Positions 47,819 to 60,198 of a stretch of 64,000 bases of DNA are shown one piece after another (position 1 is the first letter of the stretch; each line of letters opens with the position of its first letter). Under the pieces are notes generated by a model. It was not told the origin of the DNA. It made no database searches and was given only the letters and a program-made list of their open reading frames with translations. The position numbers and the translations under genes were made by a program. The stretch comes from a bacterium (GTDB lineage Bacteria; Patescibacteriota; Minisyncoccia; Phycocordibacterales; SBAW01): positions 24,373 through 88,372 of the forward strand of contig JBAXFJ010000002.1 of assembly GCA_037139975.1 (NCBI GenBank). Reading direction: 5' to 3'.

Positions 47819-48451
47819 CTACCCTCTTGAATTCAGTGCGCTCTCAATAGTATCGGGGTCGGCATATTCAAGTTCGCTGCCTGTTGAGAGGCCGCGGCCA
47901 AGGGACGAGATTTTAAAATTGAGGCCTTGTGCAATAGGAAGAAGTTTTTCTTGGAGAATTAGTCGTGTATGGTCGCCTTCGCTGGTTGCCGAAAGGCCCA
48001 AAATCACTTCTTGTAGGTTTGAATGAGTTATCGAGAGTTCTGATGCTTTTTGCTCCACCCGTCGCAAGAGCTCGCGCAAACGAATGTGCTTTTCAGGCTC
48101 TTCGCTGGCCAAGGCAATGGTGCCACCAAGCACAAAATAGACACCTTTGAAGCCCGAGCGCTCAACGTTTTCTATATCAGCATCTTTTTCGACTATAAAC
48201 AAAATAGTTCGATCGCGGCGAGTATTGCTGCAAATACTGCATGCGTCGGCCTTGCTTGCGGTGCGCACAAACCAACGGAAGCACTCTTTGCACTGCGCTG
48301 TCGTGCTGCCCAGTGCGCGGATATACTCGGCAAGCTCAGCACGCACGCTTGGGTTGGTTGCAAGGAGGTATTGCACAAAACGTCGTGCTTGGCGTGGCCC
48401 AATGCCTGGGAAGCGTTCAAAGAGGTTGGCGAGTGATTCAATAGGATTCAT
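47819..48451 (-). CDS. recR: recombination protein RecR
   Basis: FPGIGPRQARRFV (HhH), C4 zinc finger CKECFRWF...CSIC, and a Toprim domain ILFIVEKDADIENVE. Confidence 0.9.
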   Translation of the reverse strand: MNPIESLANLFERFPGIGPRQARRFVQYLLATNPSVRAELAEYIRALGSTTAQCKECFRWFVRTASKADACSICSNTRRDRTILFIVEKDADIENVERSGFKGVYFVLGGTIALASEEPEKHIRLRELLRRVEQKASELSITHSNLQEVILGLSATSEGDHTRLILQEKLLPIAQGLNFKISSLGRGLSTGSELEYADPDTIESALNSRG

Positions 48452-48453
48452 AT

Positions 48454-49845
48454 TTAGAAGTCGGTAATGTCAGCGTTTTTTTCCATAGTCATGAATGTGG
48501 TGCGCTTGTCGTCGAAGTAAAGCTCAACCGAGCCCGTGGGGCCGTTGCGGTGCTTTTCAACCATAATTTCAGCAATATTATTGCGTTCAGCGCTCTCACT
48601 CATCTTGTCTTCGCGGTGGATAAACATCACCACGTCGGCGTCTTGCTCGATGGAGCCCGAGTCACGCAGGTCCGAGAGGCGCGGCTTGCCGCGGCGTTGT
48701 TCGACGGCACGCGACAGCTGTGAGAGGGCGATGACGGGCACATCAAGTTCGCGCGCGAGGATTTTGAGTGAGCGAGAGATCTCAGTGACTTGCTGCACCA
48801 AGGAGTCCGAGGCGCGCGCACCTGTTGGCACCATCAGCTGCAAGTAGTCAACAATCAAGAGCCCGAGGCCGTTTTCACGCTTCAGGCGGCGGGCGGTGGC
48901 ACGCATCTTGAGGATGTTAGTGCCCGGTTGGTCGTCGATAAAGATGGGCGCTTGGCCCAAGCGGTCGTATGCCTCGCGGATGCGGCCCCAGTCTTCTTGG
49001 TCTGTGATGCGGCCGGTGCGTAGGTTCCATGAGTTGACGCGTGACTCGGCGGCAACCATGCGGTCGACCAGCTGCTGTGCGCTCATTTCAAGCGAGAAGA
49101 TGCCCACCGTGGTGCCGTGCGCCACCGCAGTCTGACGGGCGATGTCGAGCGCAAGCGCCGTTTTACCCATTGATGGGCGCGCCGCGAGGATAATAAGGTC
49201 AGACTTCTGGAAACCTGCGAGCAAGTTGTCGAGGTCACGGAAACCTGAACGCACACCGCGCAATTCGTCTTTATTTTCCTGCAGATATTCAAGCCGCGCC
49301 CAGGCTTCGGTTAGTGTCTCGCGCAGTGAAGTAAACTTTGAAAGTGTTGGACTGGAGGTGACGTCGAGCACCAGTTTTTCTGCCTTGTCGAGCGTTTCGT
49401 CAATGTCGTCAGCTTCGTTGTGGCCAAGTTCTGCCACATATTCGCCCGCGTCGATGAGCGAGCGTAGCATATATTTTTTCTGCACCTGTCCGGCATAGTG
49501 TCGTGCGTTGCTGGCGGCGGGGACTTCGCTGGCGAGTTCAGCCAGATACGTGATGCCGCCAACGCCCTCAAGCTGGCTTTGGTCTGCCAGGCTCGCACGT
49601 ACCGTTTCGATGTCCACTGGCTCGTTCTTGCCATAGAGCGCGAGCATGACGCGGTAGATCATCCGGTGCTTCTCTGCATAAAACGCATCAGGCGAGAGGA
49701 TGTCGCTCACCTCAATCATGCCTTCAGGGCGAATCAGAAGTGCGCCAAGCAGCGCTTTCTCGGTTTCAATGGTCTGCGGTGGCATGCGCAGCGGGTCATG
49801 TTTTTTTACTGGTTGTTTGGGTGCAAATTTTCCTGTTTCTGCCAT
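48454..49845 (-). CDS. dnaB: replicative DNA helicase DnaB
   Basis: Walker A ARPSMGKTALAL, Walker B LLIVDYLQLM, and an N-terminal DnaB domain PPQTIETEKALLGALL. Confidence 0.9.
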   Translation of the reverse strand: MAETGKFAPKQPVKKHDPLRMPPQTIETEKALLGALLIRPEGMIEVSDILSPDAFYAEKHRMIYRVMLALYGKNEPVDIETVRASLADQSQLEGVGGITYLAELASEVPAASNARHYAGQVQKKYMLRSLIDAGEYVAELGHNEADDIDETLDKAEKLVLDVTSSPTLSKFTSLRETLTEAWARLEYLQENKDELRGVRSGFRDLDNLLAGFQKSDLIILAARPSMGKTALALDIARQTAVAHGTTVGIFSLEMSAQQLVDRMVAAESRVNSWNLRTGRITDQEDWGRIREAYDRLGQAPIFIDDQPGTNILKMRATARRLKRENGLGLLIVDYLQLMVPTGARASDSLVQQVTEISRSLKILARELDVPVIALSQLSRAVEQRRGKPRLSDLRDSGSIEQDADVVMFIHREDKMSESAERNNIAEIMVEKHRNGPTGSVELYFDDKRTTFMTMEKNADITDF

Positions 49846-49927
49846 GTCCCAATACTAGCGCGCCGCCTCAATAAACGAAAGTTGGACAGCTTGGTGGACA
49901 AAACGGGGATAGCTTTGTCTTGTTTTA

Positions 49928-51391
49928 CTAGTCTTTCTTGCTCACTTTTGCCCCTTCGCTCGTATCTTTGACCTCAAAACCAAGTTGCTCTATTTCTTTT
50001 CTGAGCTCGTCTGCCTTAGCGAAGTCTTTATTTTTACGAGCTTCTTCGCGCTCGGCGAGGAATTTTTGGACATGGTCGGGCAGATCAGATTCTTCTAGCA
50101 CCGCGAGCCTGCTCGACGGGCGCGCATCGATAAGTCCAAGCCCCAACAGCTTGTCGACTTCAGCCAAAGTTGCTTTTTTGTCAGCAGGGGAGGTGTCTTT
50201 ATATTTTCCATCAACTTTTACAAAATCCCACACCTTTGCCAGTGCGCCCGGAGTATCTAAGTCGTCGGCTGCTGCTGTGTAAAAAGTCTTTAAAAACGTT
50301 TGATCTGGCTTGCCGCCGTCAGGTAATTCAAGGTAGGCGCGTGTGAGCCGCGCCAGTGCCGTTGCCGAACCTTCAAGCGCGTCCCAGGTGAAGTTGGCTG
50401 GCGTGCGGTAATGTGCAGTCAAAAACCAATAACGCAATGCGTACGCACTCATTCCTTTGTCGACAATGTTGTGCAGATAGACCGTGTTGCCGAGCGACTT
50501 TGCAATCTTCTTGCCTTCGATGGTGATGTGGTCGTTGTGGAGCCAGTAACCCACAAACCGTTTACCAGAAGCTGCTTCAGCTTGAGCGATCTCGTTGTTG
50601 TGGTGCACAGGTATATGCTCGATGCCGCCGGTATGGATGTCGATCTGTCGCCCCAGGAGCTTGAAGATCATCGCGGTGCATTCAATGTGCCAGCCGGGAA
50701 AGCCAAGGCCCCAGGGCGACTTCCATCCCAATTTTTTGTCAGACTTCCACAAAATGAAGTCAAATGGTCCACGCTTGTGAGTGTTTTCCTGTACACGCGC
50801 GCCCTCTCTTTGTCCCACAAGGTTGATGTTGCCTAACTTGCCGTATGCAGGGAAGCGCGAGACATCATAGTAGACGCCTTGTTCAGTCAGGTATGCATAC
50901 CCCTTCTCCTCAAGCGCCTGTATCAAGCTGATTTGTTCAGGAATGTAGTCGCTTGCTCGAGGAAACTGAATTTTTTCGAGCGGAACTCCAAGCGCTTGTA
51001 TGTCGTTAAAATATTCCTGAGTGTATTTTTCGGCGAGCTTTCGCATGTTTGCAAGCGTGAGCGCCATGCCTTCTTTTTTTAGACCCAGAGACATTTTGTC
51101 TTCTCCGTCGTCAGCGTCAGAAGACAGGTGCCCAAAGTCGGTGATGTTGATGACTTGCTTGACGTCATATCCCCATACTCCAAACGTACGCCGAAGTGTG
51201 TCTGCAAAGACAGCGGCGCGCATGTTGCCGATGTGTTGCGTGCCATAGACCGTTGGTCCGCAGTTATACATCTTCACTTCTTTTTTTGAGAGTGGTGTAA
51301 AAACCTCTAGATTTCCCGAAAACGTGTTGTGGAACCGAAGGAGAGGTAGTTTTTTTAGAGAATTTGTTTTTTTAGAAAAAAGTGAAAACAT
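49928..51391 (-). CDS. cysS: cysteinyl-tRNA synthetase
   Basis: HIGNMRAAV (HIGH), KMSKSLGN (KMSKS), and GWHIECTAM for the zinc/cysteine-binding region. Start chosen at MFSLFSKK.. so that it aligns with the CysRS N-terminus. Confidence 0.85.
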   Translation of the reverse strand: MFSLFSKKTNSLKKLPLLRFHNTFSGNLEVFTPLSKKEVKMYNCGPTVYGTQHIGNMRAAVFADTLRRTFGVWGYDVKQVINITDFGHLSSDADDGEDKMSLGLKKEGMALTLANMRKLAEKYTQEYFNDIQALGVPLEKIQFPRASDYIPEQISLIQALEEKGYAYLTEQGVYYDVSRFPAYGKLGNINLVGQREGARVQENTHKRGPFDFILWKSDKKLGWKSPWGLGFPGWHIECTAMIFKLLGRQIDIHTGGIEHIPVHHNNEIAQAEAASGKRFVGYWLHNDHITIEGKKIAKSLGNTVYLHNIVDKGMSAYALRYWFLTAHYRTPANFTWDALEGSATALARLTRAYLELPDGGKPDQTFLKTFYTAAADDLDTPGALAKVWDFVKVDGKYKDTSPADKKATLAEVDKLLGLGLIDARPSSRLAVLEESDLPDHVQKFLAEREEARKNKDFAKADELRKEIEQLGFEVKDTSEGAKVSKKD

Positions 51392-51429
51392 AGTGTCTGG
51401 TTGAGAATATGAGTTAAATATCTTTTTAT

Positions 51430-52422
51430 TTAGAGCCATTTGCGGTACTTGAAGTAGACGAAGAAAGAAAGAGCCAACGCACCCATGAGTCCTAAGACCA
51501 TCCAAAAGTCGCCAGGCAGCCCGACGATGGGCGTGCTGTGGGTATTCATACCAAAGATGCTCGAAATGAGCGAGAGCGGAAAGGTCACAAACGCCATCAT
51601 GGTGAGTGTCTTCATGATTTCATTTTGCTTGGTTGAGAGGAGCGAATTGTTGGTCTCACGCAGCTCATCAAGCGAATCATGCAGGTTTTCAAGCCGACGC
51701 AGGACGCGTTCATAGGTGCCGACCAGCTCGCGCATGTGGTAGGAAAACTCCGCACCAAAAAACTTTGCTCCAACAGGTTCAAGAGAGTTGAGTGTTTCTT
51801 CGTGTGAAAGGAGCGCCTGACGAAAATGGTGAATCACACGCCCCACGTCTGAGATCTGGGCGACCATGCGGCGTTCGTCGCCCGAAAAGACATGGTCTTC
51901 AATGTCGTGGAGGCGTCGGCGCACGGTGTCTGACTCGGCGCCCAGAGCAAGGTAAAAGGCGCGTGCCATTGCGATGAAAATGTGTCCTCCATGAGTGATA
52001 GTGGCGTCTTTTCCCAAAACAGTGTCTGCGTCAAATGCTTTTGCAAAATTATGCAACGGGTCAACATTTTCATAACGAGTAGTAATGAGAAAGTTTTTGC
52101 CGATCAAAAAGTCAATTTCGTGTTCGTGGTGTTGGTGCGCCCCACGCAGAACAGGGAAGTGCAGTATCAGATAGATGAGTTCGCCCCTTTTCTCTACTTT
52201 TGGACGAAATGAAGGCAAAAGCAATTCTTCAGCAAGTGTGGAGTCGATTTTGAACTCATCCATCAACCCGCGCACCTCGGCGGGCGAGGGTGAGACGATG
52301 TCTATCCACAAAACATTTCGACGCACATGCCGCGTGACCATACGCCATAAAGTATAGCACTGTAAAAGTGCGCGCGTGGCACAGCGTGGTATACTTTGTG
52401 CATATGAAATTGCTGCAAACAA
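51430..52422 (-). CDS. corA: magnesium/cobalt transporter CorA
   Basis: C-terminal two TM helices with the FGMNT (GMN) motif, and a cytoplasmic N-terminal domain. Confidence 0.8.
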   Translation of the reverse strand: MFAAISYAQSIPRCATRALLQCYTLWRMVTRHVRRNVLWIDIVSPSPAEVRGLMDEFKIDSTLAEELLLPSFRPKVEKRGELIYLILHFPVLRGAHQHHEHEIDFLIGKNFLITTRYENVDPLHNFAKAFDADTVLGKDATITHGGHIFIAMARAFYLALGAESDTVRRRLHDIEDHVFSGDERRMVAQISDVGRVIHHFRQALLSHEETLNSLEPVGAKFFGAEFSYHMRELVGTYERVLRRLENLHDSLDELRETNNSLLSTKQNEIMKTLTMMAFVTFPLSLISSIFGMNTHSTPIVGLPGDFWMVLGLMGALALSFFVYFKYRKWL

Positions 52423-53669
52423 AACAAAAAGTAATCGGTGTGCTATTGGCGCTCGTTGGGGTGTTTGTGGGTGGCATCTACGTTGGTGTTTACCAGCGCG
52501 CGCACAGCGTTGTCTCTGCAGCAGACAGCTCGACGGTGAATATAGACCTTAATGCAAACTCTGCGGTGCAGCCAAGCGACATTGACATGGGGCAATTTTG
52601 GCAAGCATACAACCTGCTCAATCAAAATTTCGTAATGGTCCATGCGTCGAGCACCTTCCCCACAAAAGAAAAGCAAATGTACGGTGCGATTGCGGGCCTG
52701 ACCAATAGTTTTGGCGACCCCTACACCACCTTCTTTCCTCCTTCGGACGCAAAAATTTTTCAGGATGACATCGCGGGTTCTTTTGGTGGCGTGGGTATGG
52801 AAGTGGACAGCAACACCGACGGCCAACTTGTTGTTGTGTCGCCACTCAAAGACAGCCCCTCTGAAAAAGCAGGCGTACTGAGTGGAGACCTTATTGTGGA
52901 AATCGGCAGCACTACCACTGACGGATTGAGTGTTCGTGATGCAATAAAGCTCATTCGTGGCCCCAAAGGCACCCCTGTTGCTCTTACTCTCTTGCGTAAA
53001 GGCATCGCTGCGCCGTTCGTCATCTCCGTAGTCCGTGATACCATCAACATCCCCATCATCAAGTCATACAAACGTGACGATGGCATCTTTGTCATCGAGC
53101 TATACAGTTTTTCTGAAAATTCTGCTGACTTGTTCCGCGATGCGCTCAGACAATTCATACAGTCTGGGTCATCTAAACTAATTCTAGACGTGCGCGGCAA
53201 CCCGGGCGGCTACCTTGAGTCGGCGGTAACCATGGCGAGCTATTTTCTCCCCGTTGGTGATGTTGTTGTGACCGAAGACACCAAGGGTCGAAACCCAGCT
53301 GCAGACAAAGTGAACAGGAGCGCAGGCTACAACGTGTTTGCTGGTAATCGTAACTTCAAAATGGCTGTTTTGATTGATCAAGGCTCCGCTTCTGCTTCTG
53401 AGATTCTCTCGGGTGCGCTCCAACAGCACGGTGTCGCCAAGTTGGTTGGCACGCGCAGCTTTGGCAAGGGTTCGGTGCAGGAACTTATGGACCTTGGGGG
53501 TGGAGCGCAACTCAAAATCACTATTGCACGCTGGCTAACACCAAACGGATCGTCGATCTCGGACGGTGGCCTGCAGCCTGATATCAAAGTAGACAGAACA
53601 CAGGCTGATTTTAAAGCAGGTAAAGATCCACAACGGGATGCAGCAGTACAATATCTTTTGGTTCAGTAG
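52404..53669 (+). CDS. ctpA: S41-family C-terminal processing peptidase
   Basis: N-terminal TM, a PDZ domain (GVLSGDLIVEIGSTTTDGLS), RGNPGGYLESAV and SASASEI...FGKGSVQ for the catalytic Ser/Lys region. Confidence 0.8.
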   Translation: MKLLQTKQKVIGVLLALVGVFVGGIYVGVYQRAHSVVSAADSSTVNIDLNANSAVQPSDIDMGQFWQAYNLLNQNFVMVHASSTFPTKEKQMYGAIAGLTNSFGDPYTTFFPPSDAKIFQDDIAGSFGGVGMEVDSNTDGQLVVVSPLKDSPSEKAGVLSGDLIVEIGSTTTDGLSVRDAIKLIRGPKGTPVALTLLRKGIAAPFVISVVRDTINIPIIKSYKRDDGIFVIELYSFSENSADLFRDALRQFIQSGSSKLILDVRGNPGGYLESAVTMASYFLPVGDVVVTEDTKGRNPAADKVNRSAGYNVFAGNRNFKMAVLIDQGSASASEILSGALQQHGVAKLVGTRSFGKGSVQELMDLGGGAQLKITIARWLTPNGSSISDGGLQPDIKVDRTQADFKAGKDPQRDAAVQYLLVQ

Positions 53670-53693
53670 GTCAGTAGAGTTGTATATACAAAA

Positions 53694-53729
53694 ACATACA
53701 TCATTCGTTGTGAGTGATGTATGTTTTTG
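53694..53729 (+). terminator. rho-independent terminator after the S41 peptidase gene
   Basis: ACATACATCA-11 nt loop-TGATGTATGT followed by TTTTTG. Confidence 0.7.
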
Positions 53730-53765
53730 TGCTACACTTTTTATATAGCCTTTTCGATTATTTCT

Positions 53766-54590
53766 ATGCCACTTGAAATACTCAATCTCATTTTTTACTC
53801 CCTGCAACAGTTTGGCATGGCATTTGGTGTGGGAGCAGAAACAATCGTTCTGATTGCCTATCTGATGGCCGTTCGAGACGGTACTGTCGACGATGAAGAA
53901 GAACGGTTCACTAAAGCGGCGCGCACCGTAGCAGGGGTGGGAATTTTCTTATTGCTCGCATCTGGTGCGGGAATCACGCTCACACACTACCTGCATGGGG
54001 AAACATCTATCGTGCTTGCTCCGGCTTTCCTGTTTAAGTGGTCTCTTATCGGCATCGTGACCTCTCTCCGCATGCTGAATCGTGGCAACTCTCTGGGCAG
54101 TGGATTGCTCGAAGGCTTTTCTGGTGCCAGTTGGTACGCGTTGTTTTTGGTGCATATTTTAGCTCCCGCAGCTGGGTGGAGCATCCTAGGCATCATCTAT
54201 GGCGGTTGGCTTGTCGGTTTTGCACTTTTTTGGACTGCGCTCGTGTTTATGGTGCGAGGAAGTCGAAATATTCGCACAGTGCAAAAATCAGAGACACGAA
54301 GCGCCCAAAAGAGTGTGCCTACCCAAGCGCGTACGCCCTATCAGTCAATATATAACAATCAGAATGCCCCCACCTTTCCTCAGCAGCAAACAATTGCGCG
54401 CGCCTATTCTCCCACCGCGCCCACAACAGCGCAGGATGCAACGTCAACACTGGTTCCGCCAGCGCTTCCAACAATGCCTCCCCCCCCACCTCCCGCACCA
54501 TTGGCACCACCTGTTTCGGGACAGACCCCATTTCTCAGGAATGTTCAGGTGATGCCGCGTTCGCCTAACGACATTCGGCAAACTGCATAA
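53766..54590 (+). CDS. hypothetical polytopic membrane protein with Pro-rich C-terminus
   Basis: Start moved to MPLEILNL. 5-6 TM helices, then a PPPPPAPLAPP tail. Confidence 0.4.
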   Translation: MPLEILNLIFYSLQQFGMAFGVGAETIVLIAYLMAVRDGTVDDEEERFTKAARTVAGVGIFLLLASGAGITLTHYLHGETSIVLAPAFLFKWSLIGIVTSLRMLNRGNSLGSGLLEGFSGASWYALFLVHILAPAAGWSILGIIYGGWLVGFALFWTALVFMVRGSRNIRTVQKSETRSAQKSVPTQARTPYQSIYNNQNAPTFPQQQTIARAYSPTAPTTAQDATSTLVPPALPTMPPPPPPAPLAPPVSGQTPFLRNVQVMPRSPNDIRQTA

Positions 54591-54646
54591 ACAACTTGCG
54601 TGCCCGGTGTGTGCAAAAGCAGTGTTATACTTTCAACACAGTTATC

Positions 54647-55261
54647 ATGTATTTTTTTACTGATCATGCAAAAAAGAAGATAGTGGTGTTGCTTGGTCAC
54701 CCCGACAGTGGCGACACGCACAGCGGACAGATCGCGCTGTTGTATGCAACCGCCGCCAAAAAAGCCGGGCACACAGTGCGCCGTTTCAACCTGGGCGACA
54801 TGGACTTTGACCCAATTCTGCACAAAGGCTATAAAGAAATCCAAGTACTCGAGCCTGACCTCAAAAAGTTTCAAGACGCGGTGCGTTGGGCCGACCACCT
54901 CGTCATCATCTATCCAAACTGGTGGGGGACGATGCCCGCGCTGCTCAAAGGGCTCTTCGATCGTATGTGGCTCCCGGGATTTTGTTTCAATTATTTTAAA
55001 GAAGGAATTGGCGGCCATCTCCATTTGTGGAAACGCTTGATGCATGGCAAAACAGCACGCGTGGTCGTCCTTTCGGGTACGCATCCGACACTTATTTGGT
55101 TGTTTTTTGGCGACTACACCAACGAAATTTACAAAAACATTCTCTGGTTTGCTGGGTTTAAGACTAAGCTCACGCGCCTGGGTCCATCCGAACACGCCCC
55201 AGAGTGGAAGTGGAATGAATGGCGCAGAAAAATCATTCGGCTCGGGACCTTGGGGGAATAG
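54647..55261 (+). CDS. flavodoxin-like-fold NAD(P)H-dependent oxidoreductase (NQO1/KefF/MdaB-like)
   Basis: KKIVVLLGHPDSGDTHSGQIA...ADHLVIIYPNWWGTMPALLKGLFDRM is the Flavodoxin_2 pattern. Confidence 0.65.
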   Translation: MYFFTDHAKKKIVVLLGHPDSGDTHSGQIALLYATAAKKAGHTVRRFNLGDMDFDPILHKGYKEIQVLEPDLKKFQDAVRWADHLVIIYPNWWGTMPALLKGLFDRMWLPGFCFNYFKEGIGGHLHLWKRLMHGKTARVVVLSGTHPTLIWLFFGDYTNEIYKNILWFAGFKTKLTRLGPSEHAPEWKWNEWRRKIIRLGTLGE

Positions 55262-55286
55262 AAAAAGTGTTGTATAGTAAGACCCT

Positions 55287-56237
55287 ATGAGCCTATCTAT
55301 CGGTATTGTGGGGCTCCCAAACGTGGGGAAGTCGACTCTTTTTAATGCGCTCACCAAAAAGAGTGTTTTGGCAGCAAACTACCCCTTTGCAACCATCGAC
55401 CCATCGGTGGGGGTGGTTGCGGTGCCTGATGAGAGGCTTGATAGACTGGCCGAGTTTTCACATTCTGCGAAAAAAATCCCTGCAGCAATCGAGTTTGTTG
55501 ACATCGCAGGGTTGGTCAAGGGTGCGAGCGAAGGCGAAGGGCTGGGCAACTTGTTTCTCTCGCATATCCGCGAGGTCGACGCTATCGCCCACGTGGTGCG
55601 TATTTTTGACAATGAGAACATTGTGCACGTTGAAGATGGTGTGGTTGACCCGGTGCGCGATATCGAGTTGGTCAACACAGAGTTGGCTCTTGCTGATTTA
55701 GAAACGAAAGACAAATCGCGTCTCTTGGCTGAAAAGCCAATGCTCTATGTGTTGAACCGCGAAGTGGGTGGGCACAACCTCGATGAAATAAACGACGGTC
55801 GCTGGGAAAAACTCATGAACTATTTGGAGGAGAAGAAAGCGCAGTATGTGATTGTAGACGCAAATGTCGAAAGCGAGCTTAAAGACCTACACGAAGACGA
55901 CAAACGGTCTTTTAGGCAAGAATACGGCGTGTTTGATGATGGTGTGAATGATCTTATAAAAGCTGGTTACAAACTGCTTGGTTTGATGAGCTTTTTTACC
56001 ACCGGCAAAGACGAAAGTAGAGCCTGGACCATCAAAGTGGGCTCGACTGCGCCCGAGGCGGGCGCTGCTATCCACAGCGACTTCCGCGACAAGTTTATCC
56101 GCGCTGAAGTAATCAACTGGAAAGAGCTCATCGAGGCTGGATCATATCCCAAAGCGCGTGAAAAAGGCCTGCTCAGGACAGAGGGGAAAGAATATATCGT
56201 CAAGGAGGGAGACGTGATAGAATTCTTGCATGGATAA
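55287..56237 (+). CDS. ychF: redox-regulated ATPase YchF (Obg-family)
   Basis: IGIVGLPNVGKSTLFNALT, DIAGLVKGAS, and a C-terminal TGS domain (FFTTGKDESRAWTIKVGSTAPEAAG). Confidence 0.85.
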   Translation: MSLSIGIVGLPNVGKSTLFNALTKKSVLAANYPFATIDPSVGVVAVPDERLDRLAEFSHSAKKIPAAIEFVDIAGLVKGASEGEGLGNLFLSHIREVDAIAHVVRIFDNENIVHVEDGVVDPVRDIELVNTELALADLETKDKSRLLAEKPMLYVLNREVGGHNLDEINDGRWEKLMNYLEEKKAQYVIVDANVESELKDLHEDDKRSFRQEYGVFDDGVNDLIKAGYKLLGLMSFFTTGKDESRAWTIKVGSTAPEAGAAIHSDFRDKFIRAEVINWKELIEAGSYPKAREKGLLRTEGKEYIVKEGDVIEFLHG

Positions 56238-57255
56238 TCAAAATATAGGGGTGCATATAGACAAGCCACGGGCAACACCAAAAGACTTCTTTTTGTGGGC
56301 AGGGGCGATGCTCGCTTTATATGTCGGGGTGTTTAATTACATCGCGCTTTTGTGGGACTACATCAACTACGCGTTCCCCGACCCACTTGCGTACAACTAC
56401 GGCTACAGCGACCCGTACCAAAGCGGCATCAGCTGGGAGATGGCATCACTTATTGTTTTGACCCCCACCTTTATTTTGTTGATGTGGCTTATTCGAAAAG
56501 ATATTTTCAAAGATGCGTCGCGCAACGAGGTTTGGGTGCGTCGTTGGGCGCTCTTTTTAACCCTCTTTGCTGCGGGGGCAACCATTGTAGGTGATTTGAT
56601 TTATGTGCTCTATGCGTTCTTAAATGGCACCGATGTAACGACTGCTTTCCTGCTCAAGGCCTTGGTGGTATTGCTCGTAGCGGCCATCGGCTTTATGCAC
56701 TTTTTGGCTGATCTTTGGGGTTATTGGGCGCAGTATCCAACACGCAACAAGTATGTAGCCGTCGGGACTCTTGTGTTAGTCGTAGCGAGTATTCTTGCCG
56801 GATTCTTTATTGTGGGCACACCAGGCCAAGCGCGGCTTGGGCGATTTAACGCACAAAAAGTCTCTGACTTGCAACAAATCCAGTCTGAAATCACAAATTA
56901 TTATCAAGCCAAGCAAAAGCTCCCCGCAAAACTCGTTGATTTAAACGACCCTCTTTCTGCATACGGCCGTCCTATGCCTATGGATCCACAAACTAACTTG
57001 CCATACGAATATAAAACCTCGGCTCTGTCCTTCCAGTTGTGTGCTTCGTTTAACCGCGAATCAGTAGGCACTGCTAATTACAACCAAATGATACGTACGC
57101 CCAACATAGCCATTGATTACGCGCCAGGGCAAAAGACAGGAGACAATTGGGAGCATGGCACGGGGCGCGTATGCTTTGACCGCACCATCGACCCTCAGAT
57201 GTATCCATCAACAAATACTACTTCGCCCACAAAAGTTCCTGCTCCAGTAATGTAA
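56230..57255 (+). CDS. hypothetical polytopic membrane protein with C-terminal extracytoplasmic domain
   Basis: 341 aa, ~6 TM helices in the first 200 aa. No catalytic motif recognised. Confidence 0.4.
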   Translation: MDNQNIGVHIDKPRATPKDFFLWAGAMLALYVGVFNYIALLWDYINYAFPDPLAYNYGYSDPYQSGISWEMASLIVLTPTFILLMWLIRKDIFKDASRNEVWVRRWALFLTLFAAGATIVGDLIYVLYAFLNGTDVTTAFLLKALVVLLVAAIGFMHFLADLWGYWAQYPTRNKYVAVGTLVLVVASILAGFFIVGTPGQARLGRFNAQKVSDLQQIQSEITNYYQAKQKLPAKLVDLNDPLSAYGRPMPMDPQTNLPYEYKTSALSFQLCASFNRESVGTANYNQMIRTPNIAIDYAPGQKTGDNWEHGTGRVCFDRTIDPQMYPSTNTTSPTKVPAPVM

Positions 57256-57270
57256 CTCTTGACTCTGTGT

Positions 57271-60126
<2,856 letters not shown>

Positions 60127-60198
60127 ATCTCACGTATCTGCCTATAGTGTTGATTTGACCCATATATTAATGTATGATAGTGTAATCACCATATTACT